A stretch of DNA of 64,000 bases. Origin: Eledone cirrhosa. Taxonomy: Eukaryota. This document shows, in pieces, positions 15,001 through 30,000 of the stretch (positions are counted from its first letter, which is position 1; each line of letters starts with the position of its first letter). The translations under genes and the position numbers were made by a program. The stretch lies in contig OZ024740.1 of assembly GCA_964016885.1 (NCBI GenBank), positions 20,212,001 through 20,276,000 of the forward strand, read 5' to 3'. The notes under the pieces are model-generated. The model was not told the DNA's origin. It made no database searches and was given only the letters and a program-made list of their open reading frames with translations.

Positions 15001-18000
15001 ACAACAGTTTGTGACAAGGCTGTCTACCACCTCATCCCTTCACAACAGTTTGTGAAAAGACTGTCTACCACCTCATCCCTTCACAACAGTTTGTGAAAAG
15101 ACTGTCTACCACCTCATCCCTTCACAACAGTTTGTGAAAAGACTGTCTACCACCGCATCCCTTCACAACAGTTTGTGACAAGACTGTCTACCACCGCATC
15201 CCTTCACAACAGTTTGTGACAAGGCTGTCTACCACCGCATCCCTTCACAACAGTTTGTGACAAGGCTGTCTACCACCGCATCCCTTCACAACAGTTTGTG
15301 ACAAGGCTGTCTACCACCTCATCCCTTCACAACAGTTTGTGAAAAGACTGTCTACCACCTCATCCCTTCACAACAGTTTGTCAAAAGACTGTCTACCACC
15401 TCATCCCTTCACAACAGTTTGTGACAAGGCTGTCTACCACCGCATCCCTTCACAACAGTTTGTGAAAAGACTGTCTACCACCTCATCCCTTCACAACAGT
15501 TTGTGAAAAGACTGTCTACCACCTCATCCCTTCACAACAGTTTGTGACAAGGCTGTCTACCACCGCATCCCTTCGCAACAGTTTGTGACAAGGCTGTCTA
15601 CCACCGCATCCCTTCACAACAGTTTGTGACAAGGCTGTCTACCACCTCATCCCTTCACAACAGTTTGTGACAAGACTGTCTACCACCTCATCCCTTCACA
15701 ACAGTTTGTGACAAGGCTGTCTACCACCTCATCCCTTCGCAACAGTTTGTGAAAAGACTGTCTCCCACCTCATCCCTTCACAACAGTTTGTGAAAAGACT
15801 GTCTACCACCGCACCGCTTCACAACAGTTTGTGACAAGACTGTCTACCACCTCATCCCTTCACAACAGTTTGTGAAAAGACTGCCTACCACCTCATCCCT
15901 TCACAACAGTTTGTGAAAAGACTGTCTACCACCGCACCGCTTCGCAACAGTTTGTGACAAGACTGTCTACCACCTCATCCCTTCACAACAGTTTGTGACA
16001 GGACTGTCTACCACCTCATCCCTTCACAACAGTTTGTGAAAAGACTGTCTACCACCTCATCCCTTCACAACAGTTTGTGACAAGGCTGTCTACCACCGCA
16101 TCCCTTCACAACAGTTTGTGAAAAGACTGTCTACCACCTCATCCCTTCACAACAGTTTGTGAAAAGACTGTCTACCACCTCATCCCTTCACAACAGTTTG
16201 TGAAAAGACTGTCTACCACCTCATCCCTTCACAACAGTTTGTGAAAAGACTGTCTACCACCTCATCCCTTCACAACAGTTTGTGAAAAGACTGTCTCCCA
16301 CCTCATCCCTTCACAACAGTTTGTGAAAAGACTGTCTACCACCTCATCCCTTCACAACAGTTTGTGAAAAGACTGTCTACCACCTCATCCCTTCACAACA
16401 GTTTGTGAAAAGACTGTCTACCACCGCACCGCTTCGCAACAGTTTGTGACAAGACTGTCTACCACCTCATCCCTTCACAACAGTTTGTGACAAGACTGTC
16501 TACCACCTCATCCCTTCACAACAGTTTGTGAAAAGACTGTCTACCACCTCATCCCTTCACAACAGTTTGTGAAAAGACTGTCTACCACCTCATCCCTTCA
16601 CAACAGTTTGTGACAAGGCTGTCTACCACCTCATCCCTTCGCAACAGTTTGTGAAAAGACTGTCTCCCACCTCATCCCTTCAAAACAGTTTGTGAAAAGA
16701 CTGTCTACCACCTCATCCCTTCACAACAGTTTGTGACAAGGCTGTCTACCACCTCATCCCTTCGCAACAGTTTGTGAAAAGACTGTCTACCACCTCATCC
16801 CTTCACAACAGTTTGTGACAAGACTGTCTACCACCTCATCCCTTCGCAACAGTTTGTGACAAGACTGTCTACCACCTCATCCCTTCACAACAGTTTGTGA
16901 CAAGGCTGTCTACCACCGCATCCCTTCACAACAGTTTGTGAAAAGACTGTCTACCACCTCATCCCTTCACAACAGTTTGTGAAAAGACTGTCTACCACCT
17001 CATCCCTTCACAACAGTTTGTGAAAAGACTGTCTACCACCTCATCCCTTCACAACAGTTTGTGAAAAGACTGTCTACCACCTCATCCCTTCACAACAGTT
17101 TGTGAAAAGACTGTCTCCCACCTCATCCCTTCACAACAGTTTGTCAAAAGACTGTCTACCACCTCATCCCTTCACAACAGTTTGTGAAAAGACTGTCTAC
17201 CACCTCATCCCTTCACAACAGTTTGTGACAAGGCTGTCTACCACCGCACCGCTTCGCAACAGTTTGTGACAAGACTGTCTACCACCTCATCCCTTCACAA
17301 CAGTTTGTGACAAGACTGTCTACCACCTCATCCCTTCACAACAGTTTGTGACAAGACTGTCTACCACCTCATCCCTTCACAACAGTTTGTGAAAAGACTG
17401 TCTACCACCTCATCCCTTCACAACAGTTTGTGACAAGGCTGTCTACCACCTCATCCCTTCGCAACAGTTTGTGAAAAGACTCTCCCACCTCATCCCTTCA
17501 CAACAGTTTGTGAAAAGACTGTCTACCACCTCATCCCTTCACAACAGTTTGTGACAAGGCTGTCTACCACCTCATCCCTTCGCAACAGTTTGTGAAAAGA
17601 CTGTCTACCACCTCATCCCTTCACAACAGTTTGTGACAAGACTGTCTACCACCTCATCCCTTCACAACAGTTTGTGAAAAGACTGTCTACCACCTCATCC
17701 CTTCACAACAGTTTGTGAAAAGACTGTCTACCACCTCATCCCTTCACAACAGTTTGTGAAAAGACTGTCTACCACCTCATCCCTTCACAACAGTTTGTGA
17801 AAAGACTGTCTACCACCTCATCCCTTCACAACAGTTTGTGAAAAGACTGTCTCCCACCTCATCCCTTCACAACAGTTTGTGAAAAGACTGTCTACCACCT
17901 CATCCCTTCACAACAGTTTGTGACAAGGCTGTCTACCACCGCATCCCTTCACAACAGTTTGTGAAAAGACTGTCTACCACCGCACCGCTTCGCAACAGTT

Positions 18001-21000
18001 TGTGACAAGACTGTCTACCACCTCATCCCTTCACAACAGTTTGTGACAAGACTGTCTACCACCTCATCCCTTCACAACAGTTTGTGAAAAGACTGTCTAC
18101 CACCTCATCCCTTCACAACAGTTTGTGACAAGGCTGTCTACCACCTCATCCCTTCACAACAGTTTGTGACAAGGCTGTCTACCACCGCATCCCTTCACAA
18201 CAGTTTGTGAAAAGACTGTCTCCCACCTCATCCCTTCACAACAGTTTGTGAAAAGACTGTCTCCCACCTCATCCCTTCACAACAGTTTGTGACAAGGCTG
18301 TCTACCACCGCATCCCTTCACAACAGTTTGTGAAAAGACTGTCTACCACCGCACCGCTTCGCAACAGTTTGTGACAAGACTGTCTACCACCTCATCCCTT
18401 CACAACAGTTTGTGACAAGACTGTCTACCACCTCATCCCTTCACAACAGTTTGTGAAAAGACTGTCTACCACCTCATCCCTTCACAACAGTTTGTGACAA
18501 GGCTGTCTACCACCTCATCCCTTCACAACAGTTTGTGAAAAGACTGTCTCCCACCTCATCCCTTCACAACAGTTTGTGAAAAGACTGTCTACCACCGCAT
18601 CCCTTCACAACAGTTTGTGACAAGACTGTCTACCACCGCATCCCTTCACAACAGTTTGTGACAAGGCTGTCTACCACCGCATCCCTTCACAACAGTTTGT
18701 GAAAAGACTGTCTCCCACCTCATCCCTTCACAACAGTTTGTGAAAAGACTGTCTCCCACCTCATCCCTTCACAACAGTTTGTGAAAAGACTGTCTCCCAC
18801 CTCATCCCTTCACAACAGTTTGTGACAAGGCTGTCTACCACCGCATCCCTTCACAACAGTTTGTGAAAAGACTGTCTACCACCGCATCCCTTCACAACAG
18901 TTTGTGACAAGGCTGTCTACCACCGCATCCCTTCACAACAGTTTGTGACAAGACTGTCTACCACCTCATCCCTTCACAACAGTTTGTGACAAGGCTGTCT
19001 ACCACCTCATCCCTTCACAACAGTTTGTGACAAGGCTGTCTACCACCGCATCCCTTCACAACAGTTTGTGAAAAGACTGTCTCCCACCTCATCCCTTCAC
19101 AACAGTTTGTGAAAAGACTGTCTCCCACCTCATCCCTTCACAACAGTTTGTGACAAGGCTGTCTACCACCGCATCCCTTCACAACAGTTTGTGAAAAGAC
19201 TGTCTACCACCGCACCGCTTCGCAACAGTTTGTGACAAGACTGTCTACCACCTCATCCCTTCACAACAGTTTGTGACAAGACTGTCTACCACCTCATCCC
19301 TTCACAACAGTTTGTGAAAAGACTGTCTACCACCTCATCCCTTCACAACAGTTTGTGACAAGGCTGTCTACCACCTCATCCCTTCACAACAGTTTGTGAC
19401 AAGGCTGTCTACCACCGCATCCCTTCACAACAGTTTGTGAAAAGACTGTCTCCCACCTCATCCCTTCACAACAGTTTGTGAAAAGACTGTCTCCCACCTC
19501 ATCCCTTCACAACAGTTTGTGACAAGGCTGTCTACCACCGCATCCCTTCACAACAGTTTGTGAAAAGACTGTCTACCACCGCACCGCTTCGCAACAGTTT
19601 GTGACAAGACTGTCTACCACCTCATCCCTTCACAACAGTTTGTGACAAGACTGTCTACCACCTCATCCCTTCACAACAGTTTGTGAAAAGACTGTCTACC
19701 ACCTCATCCCTTCACAACAGTTTGTGACAAGGCTGTCTACCACCGCATCCCTTCACAACAGTTTGTGAAAAGACTGTCTACCACCTCATCCCTTCACAAC
19801 AGTTTGTGAAAAGACTGTCTACCACCTCATCCCTTCACAACAGTTTGTGAAAAGACTGTCTACCACCTCATCCCTTCACAACAGTTTGTGAAAAGACTGT
19901 CTACCACCTCATCCCTTCACAACAGTTTGTGAAAAGACTGTCTCCCACCTCATCCCTTCACAACAGTTTGTGAAAAGACTGTCTCCCACCTCATCCCTTC
20001 ACAACAGTTTGTGAAAAGACTGTCTACCACCTCATCCCTTCACAACAGTTTGTGAAAAGACTCTACCACCTCATCCCTTCACAACAGTTTGTGAAAAGAC
20101 TGTCTACCACCTCATCCCTTCACAACAGTTTGTGAAAAGACTGTCTACCACCGCACCGCTTCGCAACAGTTTGTGACAAGGCTGTCTACCACCGCATCCC
20201 TTCACAACAGCTTGTGAAAAGACTGTCTCCCACCTCATCCCTTCACAACAGTTTGTGAAAAGACTGTCTACCACCTCATCCCTTCACAACAGTTTGTGAA
20301 AAGACTGTCTACCACCTCATCCCTTCACAACAGTTTGTGAAAAGACTGTCTACCACCTCATCCCTTCACAACAGTTTGTGAAAAGACTGTCTACCACCTC
20401 ATCCCTTCACAACAGTTTGTGAAAAGACTGTCTCCCACCTCATCCCTTCACAACAGTTTGTGAAAAGACTGTCTCCCACCTCATCCCTTCACAACAGTTT
20501 GTGAAAAGACTGTCTACCACCTCATCCCTTCACAACAGTTTGTGAAAAGACTGTCTACCACCTCATCCCTTCACAACAGTTTGTGAAAAGACTGTCTACC
20601 ACCTCATCCCTTCACAACAGTTTGTGAAAAGACTGTCTACCACCGCACCGCTTCGCAACAGTTTGTGACAAGGCTGTCTACCACCTCATCCCTTCACAAC
20701 AGTTTGTGAAAAGACTGTCTACCACCGCATCCCTTCACAACAGCTTGTGAAAAGACTGTCTCCCACCTCATCCCTTCACAACAGTTTGTGAAAAGACTGT
20801 CTACCACCTCATCCCTTCACAACAGTTTGTGAAAAGACTGTCTCCCACCTCATCCCTTCACAACAGTTTGTGAAAAGACTGTCTACCACCTCATCCCTTC
20901 ACAACAGTTTGTGAAAAGACTGTCTACCACCTCATCCCTTCACAACAGTTTGTGACAAGACTGTCTACCACCTCATCCCTTCACAACAGTTTGTGACAAG

Positions 21001-24000
21001 ACTGTCTACCACCTCATCCCTTCACAACAGTTTGTGAAAAGACTGTCTACCACCTCATCCCTTCACAACAGTTTGTGAAAAGACTGTCTCCCACCTCATC
21101 CCTTCACAACAGTTTGTGACAAGACTGTCTACCACCTCATCCCTTCACAACAGTTTGTGACAAGGCTGTCTACCACCGCATCCCTTCACAACAGTTTGTG
21201 AAAAGACTGTCTACCACCTCATCCCTTCACAACAGTTTGTGAAAAGACTGTCTACCACCTCATCCCTTCACAACAGTTTGTGAAAAGACTGTCTACCACC
21301 TCATCCCTTCACAACAGTTTGTGAAAAGACTGTCTCCCACCTCATCCCTTCACAACAGTTTGTGACAAGGCTGTCTACTACCTCATCCCTTCACAACAGT
21401 TTGTGAAAAGACTGTCTACCACCTCATCCCTTCACAACAGTTTGTGACAAGGCTGTCTACCACCTCATCCCTTCACAACAGTTTGTGAAAAGACTGTCTC
21501 CCACCTCATCCCTTCACAACAGCTTGTGAAAAGACTGTCTACCACCTCATCCCTTCACAACAGTTTGTGAAAAGACTGTCTACCACCGCACCGCTTCGCA
21601 ACAGTTTGTGACAAGGCTGTCTACCACCGCATCCCTTCACAACAGCTTGTGAAAAGACTGTCTCCCACCTCATCCCTTCACAACAGTTTGTGAAAAGACT
21701 GTCTACCACCTCATCCCTTCACAACAGTTTGTGAAAAGACTGTCTCCCACCTCATCCCTTCACAACAGTTTGTGAAAAGACTGTCTACCACCTCATCCCT
21801 TCACAACAGTTTGTGAAAAGACTGTCTACCACCTCATCCCTTCACAACAGTTTGTGACAAGACTGTCTACCACCTCATCCCTTCACAACAGTTTGTGACA
21901 AGACTGTCTACCACCTCATCCCTTCACAACAGTTTGTGAAAAGACTGTCTACCACCTCATCCCTTCACAACAGTTTGTGACAAGGCTGTCTACCACCGCA
22001 TCCCTTCACAACAGTTTGTGAAAAGACTGTCTACCACCTCATCCCTTCACAACAGTTTGTGAAAAGACTGTCTACCACCTCATCCCTTCACAACAGTTTG
22101 TGAAAAGACTGTCTACCACCTCATCCCTTCACAACAGTTTGTGAAAAGACTGTCTACCACCTCATCCCTTCACAACAGTTTGTGAAAAGACTGTCTACCA
22201 CCTCATCCCTTCACAACAGTTTGTGAAAAGACTGTCTCCCACCTCATCCCTTCACAACAGTTTGTGACAAGGCTGTCTACCACCGCATCCCTTCACAACA
22301 GTTTGTGACAAGACTGTCTACCACCTCATCCCTTCACAACAGTTTGTGAAAAGACTGTCTACCACCTCATCCCTTCACAACAGTTTGTGACAAGGCTGTC
22401 TACCACCGCATCCCTTCACAACAGTTTGTGAAAAGACTGTCTACCACCTCATCCCTTCACAACAGTTTGTGAAAAGACTGTCTACCACCTCATCCCTTCA
22501 CAACAGTTTGTGAAAAGACTGTCTACCACCTCATCCCTTCACAACAGTTTGTGAAAAGACTGTCTCCCACCTCATCCCTTCACAACAGTTTGTGAAAAGA
22601 CTGTCTACCACCTCATCCCTTCACAACAGTTTGTGAAAAGACTGTCTACCACCGCACCGCTTCGCAACAGTTTGTGACAAGACTGTCTACCACCGCACCG
22701 CTTCGCAACAGTTTGTGACAAGACTGTCTACCACCTCATCCCTTCACAACAGTTTGTGACAAGACTGTCTACCACCTCATCCCTTCACAACAGTTTGTGA
22801 CAAGACTGTCTACCACCTCATCCCTTCACAACAGTTTGTGAAAAGACTGTCTACCACCTCATCCCTTCACAACAGTTTGTGACAAGACTGTCTACCACCT
22901 CATCCCTTCACAACAGTTTGTGAAAAGACTGTCTACCACCTCATCCCTTCACAACAGTTTGTGACAAGACTGTCTACCACCTCATCCCTTCACAACAGTT
23001 TGTGACAAGACTGTCTACCACCTCATCCCTTCACAACAGTTTGTGAAAAGACTGTCTACCACCTCATCCCTTCACAACAGTTTGTGAAAAGACTGTCTAC
23101 CACCTCATCCCTTCACAACAGTTTGTGACAAGGCTGTCTACCACCTCATCCCTTCGCAACAGTTTGTGACAAGACTGTCTACCACCTCATCCCTTCACAA
23201 CAGTTTGTGACAAGACTGTCTACCACCTCATCCCTTCACAACAGTTTGTGACAAGGCTGTCTACCACCTCATCCCTTCACAACAGTTTGTGACAAGGCTG
23301 TCTACCACCTCATCCCTTCGCAACAGTTTGTGACAAGACTGTCTACCACCTCATCCCTTCACAACAGTTTGTGACAAGGCTGTCTACCACCTCATCCCTT
23401 CACAACAGTTTGTGACAAGGCTGTCTACCACCTCATCCCTTCACAACAGTTTGTGACAAGGCTGTCTACCACCGCACCGCTTCGCAAGAGTTTGCGACAA
23501 GACTGTCTACCACCGCATCCCTTCACAACAGTTTGTGAAAAGACTGTCTACCACCTCATCCCTTCACAACAGTTTGTGACAAGGCTGTCTACCACCTCAT
23601 CCCTTCACAACAGTTTGTGACAAGGCTGTCTACCACCGCATCCCTTCACAACAGTTTGTGAAAAGACTGTCTACCACCTCATCCCTTCACAACAGTTTGT
23701 GACAAGGCTGTCTACCACCTCATCCCTTCACAACAGTTTGTGACAAGACTGTCTACCACCTCATCCCTTCACAACAGTTTGTGACAAGGCTGTCTACCAC
23801 CTCATCCCTTCACAACAGTTTGTGACAAGGCTGTCTACCACCTCATCCCTTCACAACAGTTTGTGACAAGGCTGTCTACCACCGCACCGCTTCGCAAGAG
23901 TTTGCGACAAGACTGTCTACCACCGCATCCCTTCACAACAGTTTGTGAAAAGACTGTCTACCACCTCATCCCTTCACAACAGTTTGTGACAAGGCTGTCT

Positions 24001-27000
24001 ACCACCTCATCCCTTCACAACAGTTTGTGACAAGGCTGTCTACCACCGCATCCCTTCACAACAGTTTGTGAAAAGACTGTCTACCACCTCATCCCTTCAC
24101 AACAGTTTGTGACAAGGCTGTCTACCACCTCATCCCTTCACAACAGTTTGTGAAAAGACTGTCTACCACCTCATCCCTTCACAACAGTTTGTGACAAGGC
24201 TGTCTACCACCGCATCCCTTCGCAACAGTTTGTGACAAGGCTGTCTACCACCTCATCCCTTCACAACAGTTTGTGAAAAGACTGTCTACCACCTCATCCC
24301 TTCACAACAGTTTGTGACAAGGCTGTCTACCACCGCATCCCTTCACAACAGTTTGTGAAAAGACTGCCTACCACCTCATCCCTTCACAACAGTTTGTGAA
24401 AAGACTGTCTACCACCGCACCGCTTCGCAACAGTTTGTGACAAGACTGTCTACCACCTCATCCCTTCACAACAGTTTGTGAAAAGACTGTCTACCACCTC
24501 ATCCCTTCACAACAGTTTGTGACAAGACTGTCTACCACCTCATCCCTTCACAACAGTTTGTGAAAAGACTGTCTACCACCTCATCCCTTCACAACAGTTT
24601 GTGACAAGGCTGTCTACCACCGCATCCCTTCACAACAGTTTGTGAAAAGACTGTCTACCACCTCATCCCTTCACAACAGTTTGTGAAAAGACTGTCTACC
24701 ACCTCATCCCTTCACAACAGTTTGTGAAAAGACTGTCTACCACCTCATCCCTTCACAACAGTTTGTGACAAGGCTGTCTACCACCGCACCGCTTCGCAAC
24801 AGTTTGTGACAAGACTGTCTACCACCTCATCCCTTCACAACAGTTTGTGACAAGACTGTCTACCACCTCATCCCTTCACAACAGTTTGTGACAAGGCTGT
24901 CTACCACCGCATCCCTTCACAACAGTTTGTGAAAAGACTGTCTACCACCTCATCCCTTCACAACAGTTTGTGAAAAGACTGTCTACCACCTCATCCCTTC
25001 ACAACAGTTTGTGAAAAGACTGTCTACCACCTCATCCCTTCACAACAGTTTGTGACAAGGCTGTCTACCACCGCACCGCTTCGCAACAGTTTGTGACAAG
25101 ACTGTCTACCACCTCATCCCTTCACAACAGTTTGTGACAAGACTGTCTACCACCTCATCCCTTCACAACAGTTTGTGAAAAGACTGTCTACCACCTCATC
25201 CCTTCACAACAGTTTGTGAAAAGACTGTCTACCACCTCATCCCTTCACAACAGTTTGTGACAAGGCTGTCTACCACCTCATCCCTTCGCAACAGTTTGTG
25301 AAAAGACTGTCTCCCACCTCATCCCTTCAAAACAGTTTGTGAAAAGACTGTCTACCACCTCATCCCTTCACAACAGTTTGTGACAAGACTGTCTCCCACC
25401 TCATCCCTTCACAACAGTTTGTGAAAAGACTGTCTCCCACCTCATCCCTTCACAACAGTTTGTCAAAAGACTGTCTACCACCTCATCCCTTCACAACAGT
25501 TTGTGAAAAGACTGTCTACCACCTCATCCCTTCACAACAGTTTGTGACAAGGCTGTCTACCACCGCACCGCTTCGCAACAGTTTGTGACAAGACTGTCTA
25601 CCACCTCATCCCTTCACAACAGTTTGTGACAAGACTGTCTACCACCTCATCCCTTCACAACAGTTTGTGACAAGACTGTCTACCACCTCATCCCTTCACA
25701 ACAGTTTGTGAAAAGACTGTCTACCACCTCATCCCTTCACAACAGTTTGTGACAAGGCTGTCTACCACCTCATCCCTTCACAACAGTTTGTGACAAGGCT
25801 GTCTACCACCGCATCCCTTCGCAACAGTTTGTGAAAAGACTCTCCCACCTCATCCCTTCACAACAGTTTGTGAAAAGACTGTCTACCACCTCATCCCTTC
25901 ACAACAGTTTGTGACAAGGCTGTCTACCACCTCATCCCTTCACAACAGTTTGTGACAAGGCTGTCTACCACCGCATCCCTTCGCAACAGTTTGTGAAAAG
26001 ACTCTCCCACCTCATCCCTTCACAACAGTTTGTGAAAAGACTGTCTACCACCTCATCCCTTCACAACAGTTTGTGACAAGGCTGTCTACCACCTCATCCC
26101 TTCACAACAGTTTGTGAAAAGACTGTCTACCACCTCATCCCTTCACAACAGTTTGTGACAAGGCTGTCTACCACCTCATCCCTTCACAACAGTTTGTGAC
26201 AAGGCTGTCTACCACCGCATCCCTTCGCAACAGTTTGTGAAAAGACTCTCCCACCTCATCCCTTCACAACAGTTTGTGAAAAGACTGTCTCCCACCTCAT
26301 CCCTTCACAACAGTTTGTGAAAAGACTGTCTACCACCGCATCCCTTCACAACAGTTTGTGAAAAGACTGTCTACCACCTCATCCCTTCACAACAGTTTGT
26401 GACAAGACTGTCTACCACCTCATCCCTTCACAACAGTTTGTGACAAGGCTGTCTACCACCTCATCCCTTCACAACAGTTTGTGACAAGACTGTCTACCAC
26501 CTCATCCCTTCGCAACAGTTTGTGAAAAGACTCTCCCACCTCATCCCTTCACAACAGTTTGTGAAAAGACTGTCTCCCACCTCATCCCTTCACAACAGTT
26601 TGTGAAAAGACTGTCTACCACCGCATCCCTTCACAACAGTTTGTGAAAAGACTGTCTACCACCTCATCCCTTCACAACAGTTTGTGAAAAGACTGTCTAC
26701 CACCTCATCCCTTCACAACAGTTTGTGACAAGGCTGTCTACCACCGCATCCCTTCACAACAGTTTGTGAAAAGACTGTCTACCACCTCATCCCTTCACAA
26801 CAGTTTGTGACAAGGCTGTCTACCACCGCATCCCTTCACAACAGTTTGTGAAAAGACTGTCTACCACCTCATCCCTTCACAACAGTTTGTGAAAAGACTG
26901 TCTACCACCTCATCCCTTCACAACAGTTTGTGAAAAGACTGTCTACCACCTCATCCCTTCACAACAGTTTGTGAAAAGACTGTCTACCACCTCATCCCTT

Positions 27001-30000
27001 CACAACAGTTTGTGAAAAGACTGTCTCCCACCTCATCCCTTCACAACAGTTTGTGAAAAGACTGTCTACCACCTCATCCCTTCACAACAGTTTGTGAAAA
27101 GACTGTCTACCACCTCATCCCTTCACAACAGTTTGTGAAAAGACTGTCTACCACCGCACCGCTTCGCAACAGTTTGTGACAAGACTGTCTACCACCTCAT
27201 CCCTTCACAACAGTTTGTGACAAGACTGTCTACCACCTCATCCCTTCACAACAGTTTGTGAAAAGACTGTCTACCACCTCATCCCTTCACAACAGTTTGT
27301 GAAAAGACTGTCTACCACCTCATCCCTTCACAACAGTTTGTGACAAGGCTGTCTACCACCTCATCCCTTCGCAACAGTTTGTGAAAAGACTGTCTCCCAC
27401 CTCATCCCTTCAAAACAGTTTGTGAAAAGACTGTCTACCACCTCATCCCTTCACAACAGTTTGTGACAAGGCTGTCTACCACCGCATCCCTTCACAACAG
27501 TTTGTGAAAAGACTGTCTACCACCTCATCCCTTCACAACAGTTTGTGAAAAGACTGTCTACCACCTCATCCCTTCACAACAGTTTGTGAAAAGACTGTCT
27601 ACCACCTCATCCCTTCACAACAGTTTGTGAAAAGACTGTCTACCACCTCATCCCTTCACAACAGTTTGTGAAAAGACTGTCTCCCACCTCATCCCTTCAC
27701 AACAGTTTGTCAAAAGACTGTCTACCACCTCATCCCTTCACAACAGTTTGTGAAAAGACTGTCTACCACCTCATCCCTTCACAACAGTTTGTGACAAGGC
27801 TGTCTACCACCGCACCGCTTCGCAACAGTTTGTGACAAGACTGTCTACCACCTCATCCCTTCACAACAGTTTGTGACAAGACTGTCTACCACCTCATCCC
27901 TTCACAACAGTTTGTGACAAGACTGTCTACCACCTCATCCCTTCACAACAGTTTGTGAAAAGACTGTCTACCACCTCATCCCTTCACAACAGTTTGTGAC
28001 AAGGCTGTCTACCACCTCATCCCTTCGCAACAGTTTGTGAAAAGACTCTCCCACCTCATCCCTTCACAACAGTTTGTGAAAAGACTGTCTACCATCTCAT
28101 CCCTTCACAACAGTTTGTGACAAGGTTGTCTACCACCGCATCCCTTCACAACAGTTTGTGAAAAGACTGTCTACCACCTCATCCCTTCACAACAGTTTGT
28201 GAAAAGACTGTCTACCACCTCATCCCTTCACAACAGTTTGTGAAAAGACTGTCTACCACCTCATCCCTTCACAACAGTTTCTGAAAAGACTGTCTACCAC
28301 CTCATCCCTTCACAACAGTTTGTGAAAAGACTGTCTCCCACCTCATCCCTTCACAACAGTTTGTGAAAAGACTGTCTACCACCTCATCCCTTCACAACAG
28401 TTTGTGAAAAGACTGTCTACCACCGCACCGCTTCGCAACAGTTTGTGACAAGACTGTCTACCACCTCATCCCTTCACAACAGTTTGTGACAAGACTGTCT
28501 ACCACCTCATCCCTTCACAACAGTTTGTGAAAAGACTGTCTACCACCTCATCCCTTCACAACAGTTTGTGACAAGGCTGTCTACCACCGCATCCCTTCAC
28601 AACAGTTTGTGAAAAGACTGTCTACCACCTCATCCCTTCACAACAGTTTGTGAAAAGACTGTCTACCACCTCATCCCTTCACAACAGTTTGTGACAAGGC
28701 TGTCTACCACCTCATCCCTTCGCAACAGTTTGTGACAAGACTGTCTACCACCTCATCCCTTCACAACAGTTTGTGACAAGACTGTCTACCACCTCATCCC
28801 TTCACAACAGTTTGTGAAAAGACTGTCTCCCACCTCATCCCTTCGCAACAGTTTGTGACAAGACTGTCTACCACCTCATCCCTTCACAACAGTTTGTGAC
28901 AAGACTGTCTACCACCTCATCCCTTCACAACAGTTTGTGAAAAGACTGTCTCCCACCTCATCCCTTCGCAACAGTTTGTGAAAAGACTGTCTACCACCTC
29001 ATCCCTTCACAACAGTTTGTGACAAGGCTGTCTACCACCTCATCCCTTCGCAACAGTTTGTGACAAGACTGTCTACCACCTCATCCCTTCACAACAGTTT
29101 GTGACAAGACTGTCTACCACCTCATCCCTTCACAACAGTTTGTGAAAAGACTGTCTCCCACCTCATCCCTTCGCAACAGTTTGTGAAAAGACTGTCTACC
29201 ACCTCATCCCTTCACAACAGTTTGTGACAAGGCTGTCTACCACCTCATCCCTTCACAACAGTTTGTGACAAGGCTGTCTACCACCTCATCCCTTCACAAC
29301 AGTTTGTGACAAGGCTGTCTACCACCTCATCCCTTCGCAACAGTTTGTGACAAGACTGTCTACCACCTCATCCCTTCACAACAGTTTGTGACAAGGCTGT
29401 CTACCACCTCATCCCTTCACAACAGTTTGTGACAAGGCTGTCTACCACCTCATCCCTTCACAACAGTTTGTGACAAGGCTGTCTACCACCGCACCGCTTC
29501 GCAAGAGTTTGCGACAAGACTGTCTACCACCGCATCCCTTCGCAACAGTTTGCGACAAGGCTGTCTACCACCTCATCCCTTCGCAACAGTTTGTGACAAG
29601 GCTGTCTACCACCTCATCCCTTCGCAACAGTTTGTGACAAGACTGTCTACCACCTCATCCCTTCACAACAGTTTGTGACAAGGCTGTCTACCACCTCATC
29701 CCTTCACAACAGTTTGTGACAAGGCTGTCTACCACCGCACCGCTTCGCAAGAGTTTGCGACAAGACTGTCTACCACCGCATCCCTTCGCAACAGTTTGTG
29801 ACAAGGCTGTCTACCACCGCATCCCTTCGCAACAGTTTGCGACAAGGCTGTCTACCACCTCATCCCTTCACAACAGTTTGTGACAAGGCTGTCTACCACC
29901 TCATCCCTTCACAACAGTTTGTGACAAGGCTGTCTACCACCGCACCGCTTCGCAAGAGTTTGCGACAAGACTGTCTACCACCGCATCCCTTCGCAACAGT

